A stretch of 64,000 bases of DNA from Plasmodiophora brassicae (Eukaryota), in assembly GCA_036867785.1 (NCBI GenBank), contig CP145428.1, forward strand, positions 186,001-250,000. The letters run 5' to 3'. Position numbers and translations under genes: made by a program. The notes below the pieces were generated by a model, which was given only the letters and a program-made list of their open reading frames with translations, did not search any database and was not told the origin of the DNA. Below, piece after piece: positions 34,281 to 46,999 of this stretch (positions are counted from its first letter, which is position 1; each line of letters begins with the position of its first letter).

Positions 34281-35191
34281 ATGGGCGACGACGACCCATG
34301 GAGGCAGCGACGTCTCCAGGTGGCGCTCGCGTTCCTGCTGTCGATAGTAGCGGTGTACCTGGCGACATGGGAAACGTTGACCATCGGCGACGACGACGTT
34401 GTCCGGATCGAGTACGACGGGTTCACGATCTTCCTATCGTGCGCGGCTCGATCGGCGCTGCGGTTCGAGTACCGGCTGGACGCTGACACAGGCAATGCGC
34501 GTCGGGCTCGACGATTCCGGCTCGACCCCCGCGTCCCGAAACGTTGCCAGCAATGGTCCACCGGTTCGTATGCGCGCATGCACGCTGGCTACGACCGCGG
34601 GCACCTGGTCCCCGCCAACCACGTCCGACGAGTCGCCGTGCGTGGTCTGGGAAACGTCGCTGATCACCTGACGACAGATGGACGAGTCCGATGAGCAGAT
34701 CCGCCAGACGAACTTCATGACGAACATCGTCCCGCAGGCGTCGGCCGTGAACCGTGGCCCGTGGCTGCAGACCGAGGTCCTCATCGAGTGCGCCAGGGAC
34801 ATTGCACCAGTCGACGTCTGGGGCGGCGTCCTGTTCGGCAACGACGCCCGCCAGGACTACTTCCTCGAATCGCATGGCATACGAACACCGTCGCACTTCT
34901 GGAAGGTGGCCGCCACCATCACAAACGACCAGCCGTACGTACGCGTGCCAGCGTACCAGTTGGACGGGGTGAGATGTGCACACTAACGGGAATCGGCGCA
35001 GCAACGTGATCGCCTGGCTGATCCCGAACACGGAAACCACGACGTCGTCGCACGCATCCTACATTGTCCCAGTGTCGACTATCGACCGCATGATCGCAGT
35101 GCACGGCCTGGGGCCCGTCCCCATTGACGAACGCCTGAAGCATACGATCGCGTCGCCATGGACAATCCCGGCGAATTGCGATCGATCATAA
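34281..35191 (+). CDS. DNA/RNA non-specific endonuclease with N-terminal anchor
   Basis: GYDRGHLVPANH, TNFMTNIVPQ...NRGPW, PSHFWKV; two introns. Confidence 0.9.
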
Positions 35192-35275
35192 AAGGGAGCG
35201 CTGACGTTTATGGGTACTGTATTACAGTCATTTCGATTGGTGTCTGTCTGTGTTTGTGTGGGCGCTATACAGCAA

Positions 35276-36087
35276 TCAGTCCTCCTGATTGTCCTGGCTG
35301 TCCTGTGTCCAGAGCGTCAGGTTGTCACGCAGCAATTGCATGATGAGCGTGCTGTCCTTGTACGACGCCTCGTCGAGCGTGTCGAGCTTGGCGATGGCGT
35401 CGTCGAATGCCGTCTTTGCCAGCTCGCAGGCCTTGTCCGGCTGCTGCAGGATCTCGAAATAGCAGACGGAGAAGTTTAGGGCCAGGCCGAGGCGAATCGG
35501 GTGCGTCGGCGGCAGCAGGTCCGGTGACGACGTCGCCAGCTCCATGGCCGCCTCGTAGTTCTCCTTCGCCTTGTCCGCGTGGCCCTGGTCGGGTTCGAAC
35601 TCGGCGAAATAACGATAGTAGTCGCCCGTCATCTTTAAATAGAACACCTATGGCATCCGGCCGGTTCAGCGTTGTCGAGAACGAAACGGTCGACGGCGCG
35701 AGCGCAACCAACCTGCGATTCGACGTTGTTGACCTTGCGTGCGGCCGGTATGAGGTGCTGGTACAGGATATCGAGGACTTCGCGGCAGATTTTCGCGAGT
35801 TCGCCTTCGACCTGTTTGCGGTAGACGCCAATCAGGTCGTTGGACTTGTTCTCTTCGACGTTCAGCGTGCGCCAGGAGGCGCGCCTCGCCCCGATCACGT
35901 TCTTGTAGGCGACCGAGATCAGGTTGCGCTCCTCGACGGACAGGTCGCCCTTGACGACGTCGGTGACCAGCAGGCGCATGAACCGCGTCATGTCGTCATA
36001 CCGCTCCGCGGTCTCCGCCGTTTTCGCCATGAACAGCAGCTGGTCCTTGCTGAGCGGGCCGAGATCGGTCTCGACGGTCTCCCCCAT
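35276..36087 (-). CDS. 14-3-3 protein
   Basis: [66 protein letters not shown]. Confidence 0.98.
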
Positions 36088-36375
36088 GACCGGCACCACC
36101 ACCACGACGAACGGACCAACCGACGACCAGCGACCACCGCGCGACTGCTCCCCGAATCGCGCTGCGGACTTCGCGTCGTGGCAAAATCAGGCAACGCGGG
36201 TGGGGCGGGCCCGCGCGCCCCACCCGGCCGTAACGTTAGCCCCGACTGGGCGCCCCGAAATAGCGCCCCCCAGTGGCGACCACGGACCGCCCACCCGACC
36301 GATCTGCGTCACGACGCTCCCCGGCCCCGGGCCTCGTTCGGATGATGTTGCCATCATCACAACAATACAATACAT

Positions 36376-38996
36376 TCAGGGTGCCGTCGCGCGTACAGCC
36401 GAGCGGCGCATGCCGTGTAATTCAGAGGAACGTCGGGCGTTGCCGCCGCCGGGGTTCCGACGTCGTCGCGTCCAGGTCCAGGAGGTCGTCGTTGAACAGG
36501 ACGTCGGCATTGTTGGTACTGTCGTCACCGGCGTCGTCGTCGTCGTCGTCGTCGAAGTAGTCGTACTGGCGATCTTCCTCAGGGACGGGGCCGAGCTCCA
36601 GTCGCCCTGTGCACGCCACACCGTAAACGCAACGTTCTCATGGCATGCCATCGATCGGCATATCGCACGCAGGATCACTTGTTCGAGGCGGTCGTACTCG
36701 GCCTGCAGATCGTCAGACGGTTTCGTGTGCAGGACGTTGGTGGCACCCAACAGGACCGACGTGTGCTGGGAGCACTCCAGGCAGATGACGGCCTGGATGG
36801 CATCCATGGCGAGGACGCGCTTGCGGAACATCAGCCTGGCGTGTGCTGTACGTGCGATGTTGCCGTCAATCAGTGCCTGCGATCATACCAGTCCATTACG
36901 TACCCTGCGCGAGTCGCACGAGGCTCTCCATCAGTCGAAGCGTGGTCCGCGACGTGCTACGACGGGGCGAGTTCCGCTGCAGGCGATAGTATTTGGACAG
37001 GATCTGACACGGCAGTCAGAGATCGGCCGGCGCGATGTGCCCCCGGAACCACAACCGACCAACTGGCTGAACGGGGACATGACCGGGGCGAGCTCGCATC
37101 GGATCAGGTCAAAGTACGCGCGAAGCGTCGCTAGCGGCCAGCCTCCGTCCCTGCCGGCCGCATGCGTCGTCCCGTTGACCACGTAGTCGGCGACACCCTC
37201 GTCCCAGGCCGGGTCCTGGTTGTCCAGCAGCAGCACTGCACCCGATCGGTCAGGCGGGCGTGGCGACGTCCGCTATCCACCTACTGATCATGTCGAACCG
37301 GCTCAGGAGCGACGAGGCGATGCCGAGGCTGGCGGCAAGGTCGCCGGAGACGTCCAGGCGGGATCCGGCCGGCGGGTTCATGGCGGCGATCACCGTGCAC
37401 CGCGTGTTCAACGTGCAGACCAGGCCGCCTTTCGCCACACCTACGCGTGTGTCAGGACCGCGAAGCGCCATCCCCAATTGCGCGTTCCCTCACTGATCGA
37501 CTGCTGCTCCATGGCCTCGTGGATCGCGGCCCGATCGGCGGGTCGCATGGCGCCGAACTCGTCGATGCAGCACAGGCCGCCGTCGGCCAGGACCAGGGCG
37601 CCGGCTTCCAGCGCCATCTGCCCGTCGGCATCGCGGACGCAGGCGGCCGTCAGCCCGGCGGCCGTCGTCCCGATGCCGGTCGTCACCACCGACCTGGGCA
37701 TCAGCTTCGCCGCGTACTGCAGCAGCTGGGACTTGCCCGTGCCGGCCGACCCGACCAGCAGCAGGTGGCTGTGCCCACGAAGGTGATGGTCGCCGTCGGA
37801 CGCGACCCCGCCGATCAGGCTGAGCGCCACCGCCAGCTTCACGGCTGTCATCTCGTACAGGTGCGGGCAGACGGATTCGACAATGGCGCGCCGGGCGTCC
37901 AGCAGCGTGCCGCGCCGGGCGTGGTCGCGCCAGAACGCGCGGAACTCGCGCCGATGGCAACGGGTGTCGCCGCCGCCGACCTTGCTGATGCCGCTGCCGG
38001 TCGCGCTGCTCGCCCTGTCGATGTGGATCGCGTCGACGAACAGGCGCAGCAGGCACGGGCGCTCGGGGTGCGGCCCGGGGACCGCCCATTGCACGCGCAC
38101 GATGCCCGTCACGACGACGCCCGTGCCCGGCTGGACCGTGTCGACCAGGCCGTCGCGAAGGATCACCGTCGTGGAGCGCGGGATCGACCCCAGCTGCAGG
38201 GCGGTGACGTTCTCCTGCACGCGGATCTCCTGGTAGTCGGTGCACACGCGGGACCCTTCGACGAACCTGTCCAGGGGCGGGGGCGCGCACGCGCACGTCA
38301 GCAACGACGCTGTCGGCGCGCGGGCGAACGCGCGTATACTATACGTGAACTGTTTCGAGCGGCAGGCACGCGACGACGGGCACTTTGCCGGCGAGGCGAT
38401 CGTCGTCCCGTTCTGCAGGTCGACCTGGACGGCGAACGTCGTCCCGCACGCCTTGCACAGGTACTGGCGCTCGCTCTCCAGGACCTTGACGGCGCCGACG
38501 CGCACGACGGTCCCGTGCAGGTCCACCAGCCGGCCGTCGTCGTCCGCTCGCATCGCTATGCCAACGCGTCGTCGTCAGCGATTGCCAGCGGCGGTGGCGA
38601 CGGCGACGAGCGACCCTTACCGGAGACGGTTCGTCGCGTGGCGAACCTGTCCAGGGGCATGGAGAACAGGCGGACGCGGGCGTTGCGGTTGCCGTCCTGG
38701 CCCTGGGCGATCAGGAGCGCGTCGTTCAGCCTGGCGAGCATCTCGGTCGGGTTCCGGTAGATCAGGTGCGCCAGCAGCGGGTCGTCGTCCAGCAGCGTCA
38801 TGACGTTGACGTCGAGGAACGCGTGCCCGGCGGGGTCGCCGGCCATGGCGGCCAGGTCGCCAGGGAACCGCTCGGCGATCATGCCGGCGAGCTGGTCCGC
38901 ATCGGGCAGCATCCGCTCGGCGGCGTCGTCATCGACGTCCCAGAGGTCGGCCCTCCAGTCGTCGACGTCGTCGGCGTCGCTGGCCGGGCGCGGCAT
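36376..38996 (-). CDS. MCM9: MCM9-like DNA helicase (multi-exon)
   Basis: Zn finger CKAC...C...C, DYQEIRVQE, GSAGTGKSQLL, LEAGALVLADGGLCCIDEF, IHEAMEQQSIS/VAKGGLVCTLNTR, LLSRFD. Confidence 0.85.
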
Positions 38997-39032
38997 CCGT
39001 CCTAGAATTGGCCTCCCCCGCGGGCACCCGCA

Positions 39033-39767
39033 ATGCTGACGGCGGGCGCCTGCGCGCGCAACCGGCAACCCATCGCCGGTCGCTTCCGGGACCGCCTCGG
39101 CGCCCTGCTCGGTCGCCCGTGGACCCTACTGGAGGTCGGATCAGGTCGGGCGGCAACCGTCGTCGCGGCCTGGCCCGCTGCTGACTGCTCGACAGGGACG
39201 GGGGAGCACGCCGCGTACCTGTCGCAGGCGCTGGACAATGTCACGTGGCACCCGACGGAGGCGGACGTCGACGGGCCCCTGATGCAGTCGATCGCGTTGC
39301 GGAACGCGGGGCGGGCGAACGTCGCGCCCGTTCGCGCCCTGGACGCGACGCGGCACCCGTGGCCCGTCCCCGCCGACGCGTTCGACGTTGTCTTCGCCTG
39401 CAACGTCATCCACATCGCGCCGGTCGAGGTCGGGATGAACTCGGGTCCGGACGTAGCACCCCGCCGGCGCGTGATGACCTGTACGTAGGTGCTGGAGGGG
39501 ATCGTGGCGGGCGCGTATCGCGCCTGCCGTCCCGGCGGGTACCTGGTGACGTACGGGCCGTACAAGTTCGGGGGCGCCTGCTCGCCCCAGTCCAGCGTCG
39601 ACTTCGACGCCTGGCTGCGGACGCGGGACGCGCGCTTCGGGATCCGCGATTTCGAACACGTCGATCGGTGCGCGCGCGACGCCGGGTTCGCGCTGCACGC
39701 CTGCGACCCGATGCCCGCCAGCAACCACATGTGCTTCTGGGTCAAGGCGCCGCCGCCGTCGGGCTGA
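39033..39767 (+). CDS. DUF938 / METTL26-like SAM methyltransferase
   Basis: ACARNRQPI, LLEVGS|GTGEHA, CNVIHIAP, YGPY...SVDFDAWLR...GIRD, MPASN; two introns. Confidence 0.88.
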
Positions 39768-40019
39768 ATCCAGGGCCGCACGGCGCACATCGACGCGCGT
39801 CGGTGCCTGTACAGAATGCTACAGGGGCGACCGGCCGGGTTGCTGCCGCACCACAAACAGGAACAGAAAATGACGTGCACATGTTTTACTGCACCGCCAC
39901 GAATATTCACCACCTAAACTACCCACGTTCTTGGAAATACGCCATGTTCGACGTTTTTAGTACTTGAGAATCCCAGTGTATTGAGATTCAATGTGGACAT
40001 CGTACTCTTCAGCTCATCA

Positions 40020-41591
40020 TCAAGAACACGAGGATCGCGATGACCTGTATAGGAAAGAGTTCAGAGATTGAGCTGTCGTTCTGTTCGTCCGAGCCGTTAC
40101 CAATGTAGTGGTCATACTGCTCGCAACCGCAGCGGTCGAGGCCTTAGATGATAATGGAATACCCTCAAACGGTTTCGAAGATGAGGTTGGACTTTGGCAT
40201 CTGGTCGTTGGGGTCTTTATCGGTTTCGGGGTCACGATTCGTGGCGACGATACAGTCGACGAAGGATTTGAGGCCGGATTGGAGCGTTGTGGAACTGAAG
40301 TCGGTATTGGACCAGATGTCGATCGTGTTGGAGCTGGGTTCGATATCGTTCCAGTCGGCGTTGATCTCGAGGTTGGACCAGATGTCGATCGTGTTGGAGC
40401 TGGCTTTGATATCGTTCCAGGCGGCGTTGGTCTCGGGGTTGGAACAGACGTCGATTGTGTTGGAACTGGCTTTGATATCGTTCCAGTCGGCGTTGATCTC
40501 GAGGTTGGACCAGATGTCGATAGTGTTGAAGCTGGCTTCGAAATCGTTCCAATCGGCGTTGATCTCGGGGTTGGAACAGACGTCGATTGTGTTGGAGCTG
40601 GCTTCGATATCGATCCAGTCGGCGTTGATCTCGAGGTTGCAGGAGTCGACGACGGTGGCGACGGCCTGAACTTGATCGGTACCGATATCTGGTAGATGGA
40701 CGTCGGTGAATTAGCATTCGGATTTGTCGATGTCTCAAAGGCTATGGATGATCCATCGGGAGACCAGCTCGCTGCTCCATCATATCCACCACTATTTGTG
40801 AGAAAGACCGGATTCGTTGAGCCCGATATCGACACGATGGCGATACGAGCGCCAACGGTCGTGCTGTCGGCACCTGAGAAGACGATGAATTGTCCATCGG
40901 GAGAGAACGCTGCATCGGTCGACGACCATGTCGTTGGCGTCACTCGGGTTATACCGCTTCCATCAGTGTTCATCGTGTAAATCGCCCAGTCGTTTGTGAA
41001 TCTTTGGAACAGAATCTTATCGCCTTTGGGGGACCAATTCGGCTGACGATCTTGGGAACCTGAAGTCAGTCTTTTCAGACCGGTTCCGTCCGAATTAACC
41101 ATCCAGATTTCTGCCGATGTAGAAGAGATTGACGACTCGAACACGATCTGATTGGCGCCGGACGAAAAGCTCGGTTCGATATAGCTCGCTCCGTTGTGAT
41201 TGGTCACCTGATGATAACCAGAACCGTCCGAATTCACGACTGATATCTCATCAGTCGTGGCGCCATCGGCAGCGAGCGTGATGGTCCCGTGAGCGCTCCA
41301 GCACGACCCAGGCAGATTCACAAACGCATGGGAGTTGTCATTGACAATGGTCTTCAATGGACCGCTGCTCATGATCGACATGGAATAGACGCCTGCAGAA
41401 CCAAGATTATATCCTCCATGCCAAAGAGTCAGAGCCAGATTGGTGCCATCGTAACTATAGCAGGGATTCTGGGCTGAATCCTTCCCCGTTGGAACGTAAA
41501 TGGCGCAAGCACCATCGGCACGACATGATAGCGCAGCGGCCGATAGAATTTGAAGACCAGTGATTGCGATAACGACGATGACAGAACCCAT
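40020..41591 (-). CDS. Secreted TolB-like (PD40) beta-propeller protein with S/T/P-rich tail
   Basis: Signal peptide; repeats PSFSS, PNWSPKG, AAFSPDG, ASWSPDG with NSDGSG/TG turns; intronless. Confidence 0.85.
   Translation of the reverse strand: MGSVIVVIAITGLQILSAAALSCRADGACAIYVPTGKDSAQNPCYSYDGTNLALTLWHGGYNLGSAGVYSMSIMSSGPLKTIVNDNSHAFVNLPGSCWSAHGTITLAADGATTDEISVVNSDGSGYHQVTNHNGASYIEPSFSSGANQIVFESSISSTSAEIWMVNSDGTGLKRLTSGSQDRQPNWSPKGDKILFQRFTNDWAIYTMNTDGSGITRVTPTTWSSTDAAFSPDGQFIVFSGADSTTVGARIAIVSISGSTNPVFLTNSGGYDGAASWSPDGSSIAFETSTNPNANSPTSIYQISVPIKFRPSPPSSTPATSRSTPTGSISKPAPTQSTSVPTPRSTPIGTISKPASTLSTSGPTSRSTPTGTISKPVPTQSTSVPTPRPTPPGTISKPAPTRSTSGPTSRSTPTGTISNPAPTRSTSGPIPTSVPQRSNPASNPSSTVSSPRIVTPKPIKTPTTRCQSPTSSSKPFEGIPLSSKASTAAVASSMTTTLVTARTNRTTAQSLNSFLYRSSRSSCS
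40308..40637 (-). repeat. Coding tandem repeat, 5 x 66 bp
   Basis: 22-aa unit T(S/P)RSTPTGTISKPAPT(Q/R)STS(V/G)P with alternating variants. Confidence 0.9.
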
Positions 41592-41602
41592 GAGGTAGCT
41601 GT

Positions 41603-41766
41603 TGATATGATGTTTGGCTAGTCTGATATTATCAAAACGGCACGCGAATTGGATCTTCTAGGAATGGATAATTGCGGTTGCCCTGATATCGTATTGGTGA
41701 TATGATGTTTAGCTAGTCTGATATTATCAACGGCACGCGAATGGGATTTTCTAGGAATGGAAATGC
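41603..41766. repeat. Direct duplication of ~70 bp, 95-bp period
   Basis: TGATATGATGTTT.GCTAGTCTGATATTATCAA...CTAGGAATGGA at 41603 and 41698. Confidence 0.9.
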
Positions 41767-42160
41767 CCGATCTTGTAGTGCCAGGGCCTATGATTTTCCG
41801 CTGCTCGCACGTTGGTCCGGAGAACGTGCTGAAGCATCAGCGCTTCTGTTAGAGCAATGCCGGCATTCAGAGATCCGAACTTCTTCTTCAGAACGCGGTG
41901 GTTGCCTTTACAGCAATTGGTTCCCCTTGAGCATCGGTACAGCGTCAGCCCGTTGGGACCGACGCCAATTCTCCTGGTAGAAGACGTAGTCGTCTCCGTC
42001 AGGATCGCTACAACAACCTTTGTCAAAATGTGCTCAAGAAGGTTCTGAAGGTCTCTGTGCGCCCGATCGTCGAACAACGGCACTCCTGGAAAACATCCAA
42101 CAGGTCGGAAGACGTATGATCGAAGGGATGAGTAGGTAGGTACACCACCCGTCTGACAGG
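41751..42160 (-). pseudogene. DNA-transposon-derived relic
   Basis: PGVPLF...NGLTLYRCSRGTNCCKGNH resembles the YRC.RGTN..E..H motif of eukaryotic TE-derived proteins; decayed. Confidence 0.5.
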
Positions 42161-42383
42161 TGACAACCCGTGAAGCAAGAAGAAATCCGCACCAAAAATT
42201 CCGGGGCGCACGCGTGTCTGCGGAATGCAAGTTTTCCCCAAAACAAAACGGAACCCCAAAAACGACGGCCAACGTGTCTCGGCTGCTGCGGCGTGCAGTG
42301 GCCGGTGCATATTTTGGCAGCGGGGGGCCGGGCCGGCGGCGCGACGTCGGCGCGTCAGTCCGTGGCCGGTACGGTCCGCAGCG

Positions 42384-44730
42384 TATGTCGTTCCTGTCGG
42401 GGCCGGCCGCCCTGCAGGCGCAGGTGACGCGCGACGCCCGCCGACAACGCTTGCTGGGTCGGTCCGTCCGCCGGCGCTGCTGCTGTTGCGGTTTCTTCGC
42501 TGACTGACCGATTTGCAGCGGTGCGGGCGGCGGCGGACGCGTTCCGGCAGCGGCGGAACGCGGCGTTCCGTCAGGGCTGCCGGCGCGAGCGCAAGGCCCT
42601 GGTCGACGAGGCCGTCGCCGTTCAGGCCAGCGTCACCCTGCAGGACATCGTCGCCCTGGAGGATCAGCTCCGCGACGCGCTCGCCCATCTCGGACAGGCG
42701 CACGACGACGCCGCCGTCGCGTCCGCCGACCTTACCCAGGTCGGCAGCGCGCGCCCCTCGCTCGTCGTCGCCCCCCCCCCCTGTAACGTCGCCTGACGCG
42801 GCGTCGTCCGTTGCAGGCCTGCCTGGTCGAGAACCGGGCGTACCGCGCCCATGTCCAGTGTTCGAATTCGCGGTTCGAGGCGGCGCTCGACCTCGTGCGC
42901 CAGTTCAGGGCCGAACAGGAAGCGTTGCGATGCGCGCCGGTACGCCCGACGAGTCCATGTCGCTCCCCGCGCGGGTTCTGAACGTCTTCGCTATTGCTCA
43001 TTCAGGCGCACGCCCGGCAGGAGGCGTTCGGGCGCGCGAAGGACCTGCTCCGCGCGATCACGTCGCTGAACGCGCAACGCGAGCGACGCGAACGCGATGC
43101 GGAGACGCGGGCCCTGGTGCACCCGTACGATTCGCTGCAGGGGCGAACGCGCGTCACGACGACGACCGACTTCGCGGTCACCCGGTTCCACGCGTCGGCG
43201 GCGGGCCCGTCCGCCATGGACCTGGCCAGGGTCGAGGCCGAACGCCAGGCCGTCGCCCAGCAGCAGGCGGTCGCCGACGCCGACCGACGACAGCGGGCCG
43301 TTGCCGCACGAGGCGCGGCCGCGTCCACCCGCGTGGACGCGCTGCGGACGGCGGCGTCGCTGACAACGGGCGACCTTCGCCAGGCCGTTCGTGCGGATCG
43401 CGCCCAGAAACTCGAGCGGCGCGCCGCCGAATCGCAACGGGCCGGGCAGGACGCGGGCCGGGCGGCCCGGCTTCGTCGCGAGTTCGACGCGGCGTTCCCC
43501 GTCCTGCACGAGATGACCCGCGCCGACGCCGTCCGTTCTGCCAGGTCGCGCGCGGGTCGTCGTGCACGCCGCGAGCGTCGTCCTGTTCGCCGCGAGCGGG
43601 ACGCGGCGGCGGCCGCGTTCTCGCCGGACGACGTCGCCGATCGGCACCGCCCGGCCGTCGTGACGCCGGCGCTCATCGCCGACCTGCAACGACGCGTTGC
43701 CGAGCCTGACCGCCCGACGACGCCTGAAGCGCGTTCGGTCACGTTCGACGTGTCGCCGCCCAGGCGTCCGGCAGCGCCGTCGTCGTCATCGCCCGAGGCG
43801 GCGGCCGCGACCGTCCACAGCATCCCGCAGGTCGTCGCCGACACTGGCGTCGTGGAGCGGTTCCCGGCACCTCAGCAGCGGCAACCTCCCGGTGACGTTG
43901 TTGGTCGACCCCCTGCCGACGTCGTCGAAGGACTCCAACAGGCCGAGGAACAAGGCTATGAGCACCAGGCCGAGGATCAACGCCACGAGCAGCAGGCCAA
44001 GGAAGGCCGCGAGTCGCCACCCGACGCTGTCGGTGTGCCTCCTCTGGAAGCGTACCTTCCTGAGGCGGCCCTTGCGACGGACGTCGTTTCCGTTGCTGAA
44101 GCGCCGGTTGCGTTCGACGAACCAGGGCCTGAGGCGGCGCTTGCGACGGACGTCGTTTCCGTTGCTGACGCGCCGGATGCATTCGACGAACCAGAGGTGC
44201 CCGTGAAGGCGCCGTCGCTGGACGAGGAGGACGTCGATGAGGCGCGCCTGTCGGCCTTGCTGGAATCGGTGGAACCGCTGCCAGCGGACGCGGCGCTGGC
44301 CGCCCTGGCGTTCGGGTCGTCCGACGACCTCGACGACCTGGACCGGCGCGCCGAGGCCCTGCTGCGCAGTCACATCCCGACGACGCCCCAGCTGCTGTCG
44401 ATGCGGTCGGCGCCGCTGCCGACGCCCATGTCGCTCGACGACGCCAGCGCGTTCGCGCAGACCATCGACGAGACCCTCGACTTCCTTCGGCGGTCCCGCG
44501 TTGAGCTCGACGAGAGCCGCGCCGCCCTGGAACGCGGCAGCGCTGACGCCGGGGACAACAACACTGCATCGCCGCCGTCGTCGTCCACGACGCCGACGCC
44601 CGTCACCGAATCGACGACGTCGTCGTCGTCCTCGTCGCTCCAGGAACAGTTCCGGACGAACCGCGTCCTGATCGAACGCATCGAGCGACGTCGCCAGCAG
44701 CTCCTGCAGCGACGCGCCAGTCGCCCTTGA
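42384..44730 (+). CDS. Hypothetical coiled-coil / low-complexity protein (multi-exon)
   Basis: GC-rich coding exons, long ORF 42994-44730, internal 2 x 69-bp repeat at 44059-44196. Confidence 0.6.
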
Positions 44731-44887
44731 CAGGTGGTGGAGTACGAAAAACTGCACGACCCCGTCCGCACATTTTCTAAATATAGCGTGACGTCCGCCC
44801 CCGTGACTGTACCCCACGTCCGATCGACGACCTGGGCGGCCAGCCGACATGGCGCTATAAGTATAACGGTATGCGCCTGTACGTCTA

Positions 44888-46830
44888 TGTGCGGATACGA
44901 TCGTCGACGAGGTCGCCGGCGCCGTCCGACCTGTCGTCGACGTTGTCGACGGGCGCCTGCGTCTGTCGCGGTCGCTGCGCCTGCGGGCGTACCCGCGCCT
45001 GGCGGACAGGTACGACGACCTCGACGAGGCGTTCGGCGCCGACTGCCCGCAGGCGGGTGTGTACGACCGGACGCTGCGGGCGCACGCGGCGTCGGCCCTG
45101 CAGGTCGTCGCGATAACGGAGCCCCGGTCCAACGTCGTCTGACGGTGGCCGATCCCAGGGAGGGAACGTCGCGGTGATCGCGTACGGGGCGACCGGATCA
45201 GGGCGCACGCGCGCGCTCATCGGTAGCGGGGCCGGACAGCAGCGCGGCCTGGTCCCCCGGTGCGTCAGCGACCTGCTGAAAGGTGCTATCCCTTTAAAAA
45301 TGCATCGGCACGAACGCGCCCCTGACCGACCAGGTCCCCCGCCCCAGGATGTGAGGAGCACCGGTCTGCTCTGCCCTGGACACTGTCGGCCACGCTGGTG
45401 TGCATCCGGCGCGAGGTCATCACCGACCTGCTGGCCTGCGAGCACGCCCGGACGCGCCTGCCAATCGCCGATGACCCCTCGGGTACGTTCCGCATACGGG
45501 ATGCCCCGCCAAGGGACACAACAGGCAGCGGTAAACCGTGGAGCAGAGGGCGTTCACGTCCGAGGGTCGGAACGGGCGCCGATCCGTGACATTCACGACC
45601 TGTACGACATTGCCCAGAGATGGACGCGGTACAACCGTCGCCACGACGACGACGACGACCGCACCACGGTCCTGTCCGTGTCTGTCCGGCGCCAGCAGAC
45701 CGTCATCGGCACGGTGCACTTCGTGCGCTTGCCTGCGGCCGACCCGCATCGACCCGACCGGCACCTGCCGGCGCTGACAACCGCCATCCATGAGCTCAGC
45801 AACAGCCAGACGTACCGTCAGCATCGCACGTCGAAGCTGACCCATCTGCTGAAGGCCGTGTACGAATAACGAACCCAGTGGTCACCCGTGCGCGGGACGT
45901 GCTGTTCCCCTGACGAATGGGTCGCCGCAGGCTGTCCGAGACCGGGGCGCTGGTCGTCGTTGGCGCCGTGCCGAGCACGGGCGACACCTGCGCGACCATG
46001 GCGGCATCGGTGGCCACCATCAGGTTCTGCTCCACACTGGCACAGAATCGCCCGCTCTGTAAACGCCTCGAATCCCCGTCAAGTGCCCCGGGTTCATCAC
46101 CGGACGCCGACGTCGCCGATCTGGCCTGGGCCGGTGACGTCGGCGACCCGTATGACATCCCTGTGAAGGACGATCCGGACGTTGCGCCCGCTCGACAGCA
46201 CATCGCGGAGAGGGCGCCCAGCGATGACCATCAGCGCTGGGCCTTGGCGCTTCAGGTCCGGACCTCCCCGTTCGCGACGTTCCACGTGCTGACCCCCCGC
46301 ATTCGCAGCAATCGGAACTGGAGATGATCCGGGCGGAGATCGTCGCCAGGGATTACTCCAGGATGCACGAGACGGCCAACCTGGACGTTCACCCGTACGA
46401 TCCTCCCGTCGAGGCCGACGCCGGGTGCCCGACGCTGCCCGACGCGCACTTCCCCGCCGCTGCAGTCGCGGACCTGCAGCCGACCCGGGCCGCGCCACTG
46501 TATGATTCGCCGCCGCCGCCGTCCACCCTTGACGATCCGCCGCTGCCCGGTCGTCCGGGGCCCGCAGCGATGAGGTGCCCGTCGCCAACGGCAGCGGCAG
46601 GCCCCGACCCGGGCCCCGCAAGGTCTCCATCGCCAGCGGTGGACTCCCGGCCAACGCCGCTGCGGCCACCGCCAATGATGTTCGGGGATCGCGAGCGGCA
46701 ACGCTTCGAGACGGACAGGCGACGGGCGCCGGATGTGGGCAGGCGCCTGGCATGCCTTCGCGAGCAGCTGCGGCGGACCGGCCACGAGGTAGCCCTGCTG
46801 TCGCAGCGGCTCGCCAGCCTGGAACAGTGA
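44888..46830 (+). CDS. Divergent kinesin-like protein (multi-exon)
   Basis: VIAYGATGSGRT, RGLVPRC, EVITDLL, GTVHFVRLPAAD, RTSKLTHLLK, ATIRF. Start uncertain. Confidence 0.7.
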
Positions 46831-46999
46831 ATGAATAGTCTACCATTGCGGGGGGTGATTTCAACACGTGAAGAACAGGGGGACGTCCGCGGGAACGTCG
46901 ACACGAGTGTGACGGCCCTTCGCGTGGGGTTGTTCCGCTGACGATATTTATCCATGCATCGATGCCAATACTTCATACCAATGGTACAATGTCGTCGTG

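Noticed and set aside
40308-40637. CRISPR-like array
   Set aside because: Contiguous in-frame 66-bp coding repeat with no unique spacers, in a eukaryotic context without cas genes.
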